Source: Eledone cirrhosa (Eukaryota). Taken from it: a stretch of 64,000 bases of DNA. Location of the stretch: the NCBI GenBank assembly GCA_964016885.1, contig OZ024740.1, forward strand, positions 368,590,001-368,654,000. Reading direction: 5' to 3'. This document shows, one piece after another, positions 1-11,219 of this stretch. Positions within the stretch are counted from its first letter, which is position 1. Every line of letters begins with the position of its first letter. Position numbers and translations under genes: made by a program. The notes beneath the pieces are model-generated. The model did not search any database. It was not told the origin of the DNA and worked only from the letters and a program-made list of their open reading frames with translations.

Positions 1-362
1 ATATTTGCATGTAAATCGCAAATGATATGCTGTCATATTCACATGGAATTACTAGAGAAATATGGTACTCGTTTAAATGGTGGTGAAGAATATATAGTTT
101 GCATCTTTTCAGATTGAACAAAGGGATAATGAAAATCATTTCCCCCTAAATATGTTATCATTTTAAATCCAGCTGGAATAAAATTAGCTATTTACGTCTC
201 ATGAACTGATAATTGAAATAACATTGATAAGCATGGATGGAATTATTCTGCTAGTCCTCTCTGAAAATATTCGTATCAAAATGTTTAATTAGACAGTATT
301 TTAACGTGCTCTTTTCTATTTAAAGTTAATCGGAAAACATTCATTATGAAAATAAAGCGTTC

Positions 363-540
363 ATTGGCAATATTGGTAGAGGGTCATGCATGCTTTCCAG
401 CGTAGTTACGTCACGTTACGATCTGATTTCAAACTCCGCCGAGGTTAACTTTGCCTTTCATCCTTACGGGGTCGATAAAATAAAGTACCAGTAATGTACT
501 GGGTAATTGCTTGCCTTGTGCCAAAAGTAGAAACAATTAT
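363..540 (+). mobile_element. tRNA-derived SINE, young OK-like family
   Basis: A-box-like TGGCAATATTGG, B-box-like region, core CCGAGGTTAACTTTGCCTTTCATCCTTACGGGGTCGATAAAATAAAGTACCAG and ATT tail; at least 8 copies in the window. Confidence 0.85.
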
Positions 541-2322
541 AATTATATAATTAGTAAGTGTGCCCCATTCAGAATATATTCATAAATCAATATGCATATA
601 TGTTATCTACACACACATGCATTCACAAAAACACACAAAGAATGTAATTTATATCAACGGAAGCTAAGAAATGTCTATGCTCAATGAAATACAAACAGGT
701 ATGATATTTCAAAATATGTCATTTTCTCTTTGGAAATCATATGTCTGTATTCACCGATAATGAATTAAAGAATGCCAAGTGTTAAAATTGATTTTAAACA
801 TATAAAACATCTAAATACTTAACTGTAAATAATTATACATGTACACATATGATCAGTCGTGAAATTTAATAGAAATTTGTCGTTTTTACATATTGATATA
901 TCAGATTTCTTTTATCTGTAGTAGTGGTGGTGGGAGGGATGAATTAGTATGTACGGGGGCTTTGGTTACATTTCTGCTGTACTGGTGCTGAGAATATCCA
1001 GTTTGTTTATTATTTGAATATTTCTATGCAGGAATTTTACCCAAGAGATATATTGACAATGCGACGTATTTGTTTATGCATATTGATAACATATACGGTC
1101 TCTATTTTGAAACTGCTTGCTTTCGTTTAATCAATTATATTCCTCAAAGCAAGTCTAAGTGATTAATCAGTTTATTTGATAATGTAATTTCTACAACTAT
1201 ATCAAAATAGAAATATAGATACTGCTGATATTTAATTGAAAGAAAAATATCTTCTTGGGAATGGATAGATAGATCTTCAATAATTACAGAGATTTCAAAA
1301 ACTTAATTAGAAAACGAAAACATGTTACGATACACTAAAAAGTGTTTTGTATTTATCTTTCATTTTTCAAAAAAACCGTTATACATATATGTTTCTTAAT
1401 GTCACACGTCATTAGGCAAATGTCAACTTTATCATTAAAGTGGAATATAAAATATCGCTGAATATAAAATATCGCTGAAGGCAAATTCATGCATATACAT
1501 TCTCTTACGTTCACATACACTTACACGCTGGTACAGAAATGCATATACAATGATATTTAGATTGATAAAAACAAACATACACATACATGCACACATACAA
1601 ATATACATACAAACACACACACGTGTGAATTTATGAAAATACTAGGAAATATTATAATTTTTATGTGAAGTCATAATGCAGCTTATGAGAAAGGTTTAAT
1701 GAGCTACTATAATTAATTCTTATTTTATTCCGGATTTAAAATGTTATATTTTTATAGAAAGGTGGACGTAATAGTAATTTTTAATTAGTGTGTATATGTG
1801 AATGATGGTTTTGTAGGGTGTACATATCGCCCGTCACTCTTGTTATTACATAATTCGTAACATAGTAGAGGTAATGGAAATTGTTTCAGGATTTATATAA
1901 TTTAAATTACAAGAATTAACATAAGATAATGTGTCTCACTTACGTTGAGAAAATATTTATTAATTTAATTATTTAAGAAAGTGAAGATATATAATGATTG
2001 TTTAGATATAATTTAGATTAAAAATTGTAAATAGTTTTAGTATAGGATTAGAAGAATATCAGCTTATTTGTACTGAGAAGGATATATAAAATTTAATGTA
2101 TAGTAAATACATCTTGTATGATGGTTTAATAATATTAAAAGATGAATATTGTTTTCTCGAAATAAGAAGGTGTATCTATGATATGATTTGTTAACGTGGT
2201 AAAGTTATATATTTAATAATAGATGGTAGTGAAATGCTATTCGATTTTTTATGGTAGCTAGTTTATTATATAAACATTTGAGTGTGTATTACACACATAC
2301 ACACACTCACACACACACATAC

Positions 2323-2391
<69 letters not shown>

Positions 2392-2396
<5 letters not shown>

Positions 2397-2631
2397 GTAG
2401 AACACTGGAAGGTAATATCAGTAGTGGTAGAGCACTCAGTCCATGGGACGAGTTAGGTATAAGTGGTTACACAACACTTAGTTCAACATACGAGAACATT
2501 TGTTTCAGCTTAGCGGAACCGCAGCTCGTAATGGACATCGTTCCGTATAAACATGTCCATTACGAGCTGAGGATCCGCTAGGGTGAAACAATTGTTCTCG
2601 GTATGGTGAACTAACTGTTGTGTAACCACTT
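2392..2631. mobile_element. Mini fold-back of PLE family A pLTR between (TA)n tracts
   Basis: Arms 2461-2538 and 2553-2631 are reverse complements; 2392-2545 matches the reverse complement of about 25470-25634. Confidence 0.85.
2563..2600 (+). ncRNA. Type I hammerhead ribozyme (family A)
   Basis: cgag CTGAGGA tccgctagggt GAAA caattg TT ctcg; palindromic stem III. Confidence 0.8.
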
Positions 2632-2732
2632 TATATATATATATACGTAGGTCCCGGGTTGAGTCGGGGATAACCACAGTAAGTAAGGTACTCAATACAT
2701 GGCAGAGTAAATTTTTTTTATTTTATAGAAGG

Positions 2733-2783
2733 AGCTTCTACAGGACTAGTACTGTTTCATTCAGATGAAATCTTCAGGAAGCT
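2733..2783 (-). ncRNA. Type I hammerhead ribozyme (family B)
   Basis: agcttc CTGAAGA tttcatctgaat GAAA cagtactagtcctg TA gaagct. Confidence 0.85.
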
Positions 2784-3351
2784 GGGTGTCGTATTAAGTT
2801 CTGGTATTTATACATTTAGGTAGTGGCAAGGGAGGGGTGGTGGATGGGGGGGGGGATGGTATTTAGATACACAGGACCACTTCATGGCCCAGGCCGTTTT
2901 TTATGGGGAGTGGTCAATTAGCCAGAGTGCTTTTTTGAAATAAATAAATAAGTAAATAAATAAATAAATGAATAAATAAATAGATAAATGAATAAATAAA
3001 TAAAATAAATAAAGAAATAAATAAAAAATAAATAAATAAAAACTCCATGAATAGTAATTCAACAGATATATAGTAGGGAAATGTTTTAGGTGGGTTGGTA
3101 ATAGAAATTAAACATTTAACAAGACCGAATCATGGCACAGACTGGGATGAGTGGTCAAGTTAACATACAAGCCACAGGTGGCCAGAGTGTTTTAGTAGGA
3201 TGGAAAGAATAAAATATATTTAAATACTCACAACAACATACAAAAACACTTACACACACGCATACATATATACTTACATATATGTACACACACACATACA
3301 TATGTGTGTGTGTGTGTGCACACTTACACATTCACACACACATACACATAC

Positions 3352-3417
<66 letters not shown>

Positions 3418-3576
3418 TTATATATATATATACACACACACACACACATGTGTGCGCATACACATACACACACACACACATACATATATACACACACACA
3501 CACACATACATACACATATATACATATATACACAGGAAAAACACAAACACACAAATATACACACACGCATACACAT

Positions 3577-3619
<43 letters not shown>

Positions 3620-3634
3620 CACTCGCGCGCATAC

Positions 3635-3665
<31 letters not shown>

Positions 3666-4655
3666 CATATATATGCATACATACACACACATATATATAT
3701 ATATACATATATATATATAGACACCAACAAGTACGTATGTCTCTCTCGTGTAAACTATACTATACATACACATACATACATTTGCACACACATACATACA
3801 CATACAAACATTTGCACACACATACATGCACATACATACACACAAACACATACATTCACACATATATATACATATATACACATACACACACACGTACATA
3901 TATAATCTCATACATATATATATACCCATACATATACACATATATATATATATGTATATATATATATACACATACACACATATACATACATACATATACA
4001 TACACACACACACATACATATATATACGCACATACATACACACGCATACACATATACAAGCAAACACGCATACATACACATACATACATACAAATAAGTA
4101 CACAAACGCATATGCACAAACACGCACTCGTTCGCACTCATACATGTGTCTATAATATAAAGGTAGTGGGACAAATTTTAAATTTTAAATTTTAAACTGG
4201 GCCTGATAGAGGATTAAAATAATTAATGTCACTATTAAGTTATTAATAGTATCATCAAGTAATTAATTACTATTTATTATATATTACTTGCTATTTACCA
4301 TTCACTATTCGTTACCTATCTTTTATCCTTTATCTAATACCTAATCATTCACTCATAAATTAATAAATAAATGAAAGAGTTAACTAACAAACGAACAAAC
4401 AAACAAGCAGATAAACAAATAAACCAGTAAATAAGCAAATAAATAAACAAGTAAATAAATAAATGGATAAATAAATAAATAAGTAAATAAAGTAACTAAA
4501 TAAATAAAAAAATAAATAAATAAATAAATAACTAAATAGATATACAAGTTAAATAGATAAATAAATCATGAACGTGTGCGTGCAGCAGTTCATAACTGCA
4601 CGTATGTAAACATGAGCAGGTATATACGTGAAGTTGTGTGTGCGGCCACGGAACT

Positions 4656-5562
4656 TTACTCAGAGGCATACAACACAATATATAAGACCTGGAGGGAGGA
4701 AAGAAGGTAATAATGAGAGATAGAGGGGAGGAAAGAGGGTAATAATGAGAGATGGAGGGACGGAAATGGGGAGGGGGGCTGGGGGGGGGTGATATTAGGG
4801 GGGGGGGGGTCAGTCGGGGGGCCGGGGGGTCTGTAGTTTTTGTAATTTGCATAGTTCTTGTGCATGCAATTAGGGGAGTGTTCCGAGATCTTGTTGAGGA
4901 GAGGGCCTTTGGCGAATAGAATCTCATAGCTCTCGGAGATACAGAGGTCACAGCAATTATGGCCTCCCGTGTATGATCGCGCTCTCTGGAGTAGTCTCCA
5001 TTGGGTCTTGAAGGGGATGGAGTTCCTTTTTAGGTGCCAGATGTGGGCGGCGAGTGTAGTTTGGTTAGATTTGTCTGGGCGCCGGAACGAATGTGTGTGG
5101 GCGTACCAGCGAGTCTTAAAACTATTAGAAGTCATCCCGATGTACGAGTTTCTTTTTTCATCGGGGCCTGAGAGTACATCGCATATATACACGAGATCTT
5201 TTTTTAGACAGTTGTTGTTGAGAGGGCAGGTCGTCTTATCAGGGCAATTGCAGTTGCTATCGGTTGCTGGATGGGCTTCGGAAAAAGTAGACTTATTTAG
5301 CTTCTTGATGTTGTTGTTGGCTAAGTTTCTGGCTAGATTAGGTGTGGTAGAGTAAGAGAGTCTAATGGTATTCTTATTAAGGATAGTATAGTACCTATGT
5401 TGGGTGGGGAAGTGTTTTTGTAAGAGAGTGAAGAAAATTTTAGCTACAGGTGTTGAAACTTCTCGGTTGAAGAGGGGAGGGGGTTGTACCAGCTAATGTG
5501 CCTTCGCCTATTCTTCCTGGGTGGACGTGTGGCTATAGTAAGGTAGGTGATCTTATCTCTAA
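4656..5562 (-). pseudogene. Naiad C-terminus: linker plus GIY-YIG endonuclease (frameshifted fragment)
   Basis: RHISWYNP, CNCPDKTTCPLNNNC, VYICD..SYIGMTSNSFKTRWYAHTHSF, CDLCISE, LLNK..CMH. Confidence 0.9.
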
Positions 5563-5793
5563 ATATATATATATATATGAGATTATATATGTACGTGTGT
5601 GTGTATGTGTATATATGTATATATATGTGTGAATGTATGTGTTTGTGTCTGTGTGTGTATGTGTGTGTATGTATGTGTGTGCAAATGTATGTATGTGTAT
5701 GTATAGTATAGTTTACACGAGAGAGACATACGTACTTGTAGGTGTGTATATATATATATATGTATATATATATATGTGTGTGTATGTATGCAT

Positions 5794-5833
<40 letters not shown>

Positions 5834-5848
5834 GTATGCGCGCGTGTG

Positions 5849-5893
<45 letters not shown>

Positions 5894-6019
5894 ATGTGTA
5901 TGCGTGTGTGTGTGTATATTTGTGTGTTTGTGTTTTTCCTGTGTATATATGTATATATGTGTATGTATGTGTGTGTGTGTGTATATATATGTATGTGTGT
6001 GTATGTGTATGCGCACACA

Positions 6020-6069
<50 letters not shown>

Positions 6070-6231
6070 ATTTGGATTTAATGCTCTGAAATAGCGATAT
6101 ATATGTGAAGACAAACATAGAATATTCGAAAATATTCTGTATGTTTATAATAAACATTTTGAAGACCCAATCGCTATAGAATAGAATACGGCACGTATTA
6201 CAATTTGAGATTCTCGATAAAAGCAAGGGAA

Positions 6232-6274
6232 GTAATCTACGCGTTTCATTCTTGTTAGAAATCATCAGGATTAC
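6232..6274 (-). ncRNA. Type I hammerhead ribozyme (family C)
   Basis: gtaatc CTGATGA tttctaacaagaat GAAA cgcg TA gattac; 15-bp outer stem at 6211-6225/6283-6297. Confidence 0.88.
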
Positions 6275-6606
6275 ATATCCAATGCTTTTATCGAGAACGA
6301 CACAGCTAGAGACTTATAGAATACTTAGCTGTGTACAGGAACTGGTTTGAAAGAGCGGTAGCCGGTCCGGCAGAAATTAGAATTTGGATTTAATGCTCTG
6401 AAATAGCGATATATATGTGAAGACAAACATAGAATATTCGAAAATATTCTGTATGTTTATCATAAACATTTTGAAGACCCAATCGCTATTTTCTAATTCT
6501 AATTTCTGCCGGACCGGCAACCGCTCTTTCAAACCAGTTCCTGTACACAGCTAAGTATTCTATAAGTCTCTCTAGCTGTGTCGTTCTCGATAAAAGCATT
6601 GGATAT

Positions 6607-6649
6607 GTAATCCTGATGATTTCTAACAAGAATGAAACGCGTAGATTAC
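6607..6649 (+). ncRNA. Type I hammerhead ribozyme (family C)
   Basis: Same motif as 6232-6274, on the plus strand. Confidence 0.88.
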
Positions 6650-7276
6650 TTCCCTTGCTTTTATCGAGAATCTCAAATTGTAATACGTGACGTATTCTAT
6701 TCTATAGCGATTGGGTCTTCAAAATGTTTATTATAAACATACAGAATATTTTCGAATATTCTATGTTTGTCTTCATATCTGTATGTGTATGTGTGTGTGA
6801 ATGTGTAAGTGTGCACACACACACACACATATATGTAAGTATATATGTATGCGTGTGTGTAAGTGTTTTTGTATGTGGTTGTGAGTATGTAAATATATTT
6901 TATTCTTTCCATCCTACTAAAACACTCTGGCCACCTGTGGCTTGTATGTTAACTTGACCACTCACCCCAGTCTGTGCCATGATTCGGTTTTGTTAAATGT
7001 TTAATTTCTATTACCAACCCACCTAAAATTTTCCCTGCTATATATCTGTTGAATTACTATTCTTGGGGTTTTTATTTATTTATTTTGTATTTATTTCTTT
7101 ATTTATTTTATTTATTTATTCATTTATCTATTTATTTATTCATTTATTTATTTATTTACTTATTTATTTATTTCAAAAAAGCACTCTGGCTAATTGACCA
7201 CTCCCCATAAAAAACGGCCTGTGCCATGAAGTGGTCCCGTGTATCCAAATAAATACCAGAACTTAATATGACACCT

Positions 7277-7327
7277 AGCTTCCTGAAGATTTCATCTGAA
7301 TGAAACAGTACTAGTCCTGTAGAAGCT
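7277..7327 (+). ncRNA. Type I hammerhead ribozyme (family B)
   Basis: Same motif as 2733-2783. Confidence 0.85.
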
Positions 7328-7350
7328 CCTTCTATAAAATAAAAAAAATA

Positions 7351-7458
<108 letters not shown>

Positions 7459-7519
7459 GATATATACTTTATGTATATGTAAATCTTTATATTTAATAAT
7501 CTCCCGTTAGGTTGAGATA

Positions 7520-8042
7520 CAATTGGGCGATATTGGGTTGCGCTTTCTAACAACAAGCCTACCCGCCGTAAGCAACTAATCACATTATTTCTAATTTGAC
7601 CACTGCCACGTCACGATTCTTAGTCATTTTTTAATCTATTTTGGGCGCGATCACTTTGGAAAATTAAATGTCTAATTTACAATTCGCTCCTGAAGAGTCC
7701 GAAACTCTGAGCATATCATGTTATTGGATGTCTAAAAATACGGACGAAACCATGGTAGAGATATAATTACGGTTTGTACACATTTCTTCTGAGTTTGAAT
7801 TTACACCTCATTGTGTATGGTTGACGGTATATTTAGTCAGTTTCCACAAGCTGTTGAAATGTTGGATAAATACTCTATTGGGGCCACCGCGAAGAGGCTG
7901 CTTTCGGTTATTTGTCGAAAATTTCTTCATAGGAGCCTTTATTATTATAGCTTGGTCTAATTGATTTTTTTATATGGTTAATTATGCTAATTGGGAGAAG
8001 AAATGGTATATATTTTATCTAGTGATTCTAAGACATGATTTA

Positions 8043-8045
<3 letters not shown>
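7520..8045 (+). mobile_element. Non-coding HHR-bearing element (family G; solo pLTR or retrozyme)
   Basis: Aligns end to end with 43794-44325; both end ATTTATGA then (TA)n. Confidence 0.75.
7687..7760 (+). ncRNA. Type I hammerhead ribozyme with long stem II (family G)
   Basis: ctc CTGAAGA gtccg...cggac GAAA ccatgg TA gag. Confidence 0.82.
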
Positions 8046-8101
<56 letters not shown>

Positions 8102-8191
8102 AAACAGTATATCTTTGGGAATAGTAAACGTTATGGGCCTATAAATTTGACGTTTAAGTGCTGCTGTTACAATAAAATCAGACTTCTCCGT

Positions 8192-8330
8192 AAAACGGTT
8201 GTTCTGGTGTCTCAAAAACTTGCAACCAGTACTCGTTGTAAAACGGTAATGTTGGTGTCACATAATATTCCCCCAGTACATATTGTAAAATGGTAATATT
8301 GGTTACAATAAAATGGGCCCAGTCAACTGC
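8192..8330. repeat. Imperfect 47-48 bp tandem repeat, about 3 units
   Basis: AAAAYGGT..T.YTGGT...CCAGT recurs at about 8192, 8240 and 8287. Confidence 0.6.
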
Positions 8331-8560
8331 GTGAGTTTAAAAGCTATTGAAACGACTGGGTAATTGCTAGCCTTTTGCCAACAGTACAAACAATTATTAT
8401 ATAGTAATAAACATGTGTATCTATATCAAATATATATATATATATATATAGTAATAATAATAAAATTGAAGACTAAAATCCAAAGAGGGCTCGATAAGGA
8501 AAATATATATCACATATATAAGAACCGTAGAGCAAATATTTATTAAAATAACAGATTAAA

Positions 8561-8609
8561 GTTTAAGCAAAGAATCGCTGCTTTCACCCTTAACGGGATC
8601 TTCTGAAAC
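8561..8609 (-). ncRNA. Hammerhead-like motif with variant CAGAAGA core (family D)
   Basis: gttt CAGAAGA tcccgttaagggt GAAA gcagcgattctttgc TT aaac. Confidence 0.65.
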
Positions 8610-8700
8610 TAACAAAGTAAATCTGTAAACGCAGAACTGGATATTTCAAAAAACGTTGCAACCGGAGGAAGACAGGAAGACGATACTTTGGTTCGTGGTA

Positions 8701-8960
8701 ACGTTCGCTGGCAAAGAACGGGAAAAAACGAATAATACGTCATTAATAGGAGCGGTGAAAAACAATTACGCGCAAAGACAAAACCACGTTTATGGTATAA
8801 AAGAGGTCGTAGACTAATGTTCTCTAAGGTGGTGCATAGAGACGTTCTCTGGCAATGAACGAAAAAACGAAGATAATAAGTCATATGTGGAGCGTGAGAA
8901 CAATAGCACGCGAAGACAAAACCACGTAAATGGTATAGCAGAAATCGTAGACTAAAATTC
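8701..8960. repeat. Diverged 141-bp tandem duplication within the family D pLTR
   Basis: ACGTTC.CTGGCAA.GAACG...AAGACAAAACCACGT...CGTAGACTAA at 8701 and 8842. Confidence 0.8.
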
Positions 8961-9424
8961 TAACTAGGAGACCAAATGAATCTCCGCTATAGAGTTAAGA
9001 ACAAAGTAAATAAATACAATACAGAAGTAATAGAAACAAATAAATATATACACGCAAACAGATACGTACATACACAAGCATACGCAAAACCTTACCATGG
9101 TTATACAAAACCACGCACATATAAGTATGTGTGTGTGTGTATGCTTGTGTACAAATAAATAAATAATTATATAAACGTATATAAGTAAATAAATACGTAT
9201 ATAACAAGCGCACCCGCATACCTACATATAAATACACGAATGTTCGGAGACGTAAGTCAACTAAAACAAGAAGTACACATATACACACACCCACCATACG
9301 TACGAACCTGCACACTCACGCGGACGCAAAACTCTCGTATACACATAGCCAAACCCTAAATACCAGAATATGTAAAAATGATACGCTATAACAGTCAAAT
9401 ATACGTACGAGAAGGTATACATAC
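8708..9424 (-). other. Putative spliceosomal intron (717 nt) in the family D pLTR
   Basis: Donor GAAG|GTATGT, acceptor TTTTTTCCCGTTCTTTGCCAG|; precisely absent at 14709/14710 and 12414/12415. Confidence 0.75.
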
Positions 9425-10216
9425 CTTCACAGAACATACGGGTAATATATACTTACCTATGCAAATAAGTAAAGAAATAAACAAACATATACTTAGCTCC
9501 CACATCAAGACGTAAAATATCCACGTATAGATCGTGCTATCCGTTAGGGTTTAACGTGGGGCTGTAATACAGGAAAGTTTTGTGCAATTTATGTTTACAA
9601 GCCGAAATTGCCTCAGAAAATGCTTCGTAATAAGGGAAAGAAAGATCTTAGCTAATGGTGTGGCCACCTCCATATTATATGGTGGGTTAAACCAACAAAT
9701 GCGACGGGATCTATTTCTTCTAGGTCTATTTTCGTACTTTGTATTATTTCTATTTTCGTACTCTGTATTATTTCTTTTGTACATGTATTTATTTACAAAT
9801 CCGGAACCGTAAGTTGAGCTTTTGCCACGATAGAACCCCACCTAACCACATACACACCACTGAAGAAGAAATGACATCCGGGACATTATTCTAAATATAA
9901 AGTAACGTTCTTTTGAAATCAATAGAATTATCTACTACATTATTTGTATCCTGACCTGTTGAACAATACTTCAACCCTTACCACCCAAAATTCCTAAAGA
10001 AAATATATAATAAGAGAGTTTGATAGAAAATGTTCATACGTTATAACTGCCTTCAGAATATAAGTAGAAACCTTTTATTGTTTGATCAGATTGGCAGTAA
10101 TATTTCATGAGATATAAATTAATGTAATGGACCAATTATACAAAATCAAATCAAACTGGCTGATTAAAAAACAGGATCTCTAAATATACTTCAATGCTTT
10201 TTTACCTCTCTCACTC

Positions 10217-10334
<118 letters not shown>

Positions 10335-10387
10335 TACATATGTGTGTGTGTATGCGTGTGTCTGTGTGTATATATCTCTTTCTCTCC

Positions 10388-10427
<40 letters not shown>

Positions 10428-11150
10428 TCCGACCGCATTTGATGGCATATTTGAGGCACTTCTTTTTCAAAAAGAATGTTCCAGAAAATCGCCCTGCATC
10501 GTATATGGCTAGTGGAGTTCTAATGCTGCAACGGCCATTAGGTTAATACGAAAACTACGTGGCTGACTCTTTTACACTAACAGTGGCAACTCTTTTCTAG
10601 GTAGCAATAATTAATAGTAGGACGTACTGGTTTTTCATATGAAATAACATAAGTCAGGCCGAATATCTTTACCGCCCTAATGCAGTAAATAAGACCCAGA
10701 ACTCTTCATAAACCTAAAGAAAATGTGCGACTGGGAAGTTTTGCCTGCACGCAAGATAAATTCATCAAATAGATAGAGAAAATACAAGACAAACATTTAT
10801 TGGAACAAAAGTTTCTTCATGGTTAGCATGGACTCCGGAGCATTGATTTTGATATAGAACAGAAAATAGTCTATTAGAGTTGGAAGACATCAATACTATA
10901 GACAAACACAGAAGAGTTTACTACGTGTAGAATAAGTTAACAGAGTGTTTCTCAGAAATAACAAAGCATATGGCCGAAATAAATTGGTAAATCGAAATTC
11001 CGGTTTTATACAAATACTAGTCCACTCGTGGATCCGTTGGGTCACATTCACTTAAAAATCTAAATATTTTAAAAATAATTATCACTTAAAAATAATTTGA
11101 AAATAATTAGAATATACACAGACATGTATATAATGAAAAATGAAATTGTG

Positions 11151-11219
<69 letters not shown>

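Larger units (their letters stand above)
2645..5562 (-). mobile_element. 5'-truncated Naiad-type PLE (family B) with long 3' UTR/pLTR
   Basis: GIY-YIG coding end at 4656-5562, about 2 kb of UTR with a CA/TA-rich tract, HHR near the 3' end, terminus in (TA)n. Confidence 0.85.
6066..6780. mobile_element. Retrozyme-like non-coding element (family C): about 1.35 tandem 312-nt units on minus plus one inverted unit
   Basis: AATTTGGATTTAATGCTC at 6069 and 6381; 6495-6776 is the reverse complement of 6105-6385; one HHR per unit; no ORF. Confidence 0.75.
8450..9790 (-). mobile_element. Naiad family D copy: 5'-truncated, GIY-YIG deleted, long intron-containing pLTR
   Basis: RRICWFNPPYNMEVATPLAKIFLSLITKHF is joined directly to the ORF end; UTR matches 14550-14945 except for an extra 8708-9424. 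Confidence 0.85.

Noticed and set aside
8192-8330. CRISPR-like repeat-spacer array
   Set aside because: The units are diverged along their whole length, there are no unique spacers or cas genes, and the context is eukaryotic.
9868-9935. Hammerhead remnant CTGAAGA...GAAA
   Set aside because: Stems I and III cannot be formed convincingly; at best a decayed pLTR.
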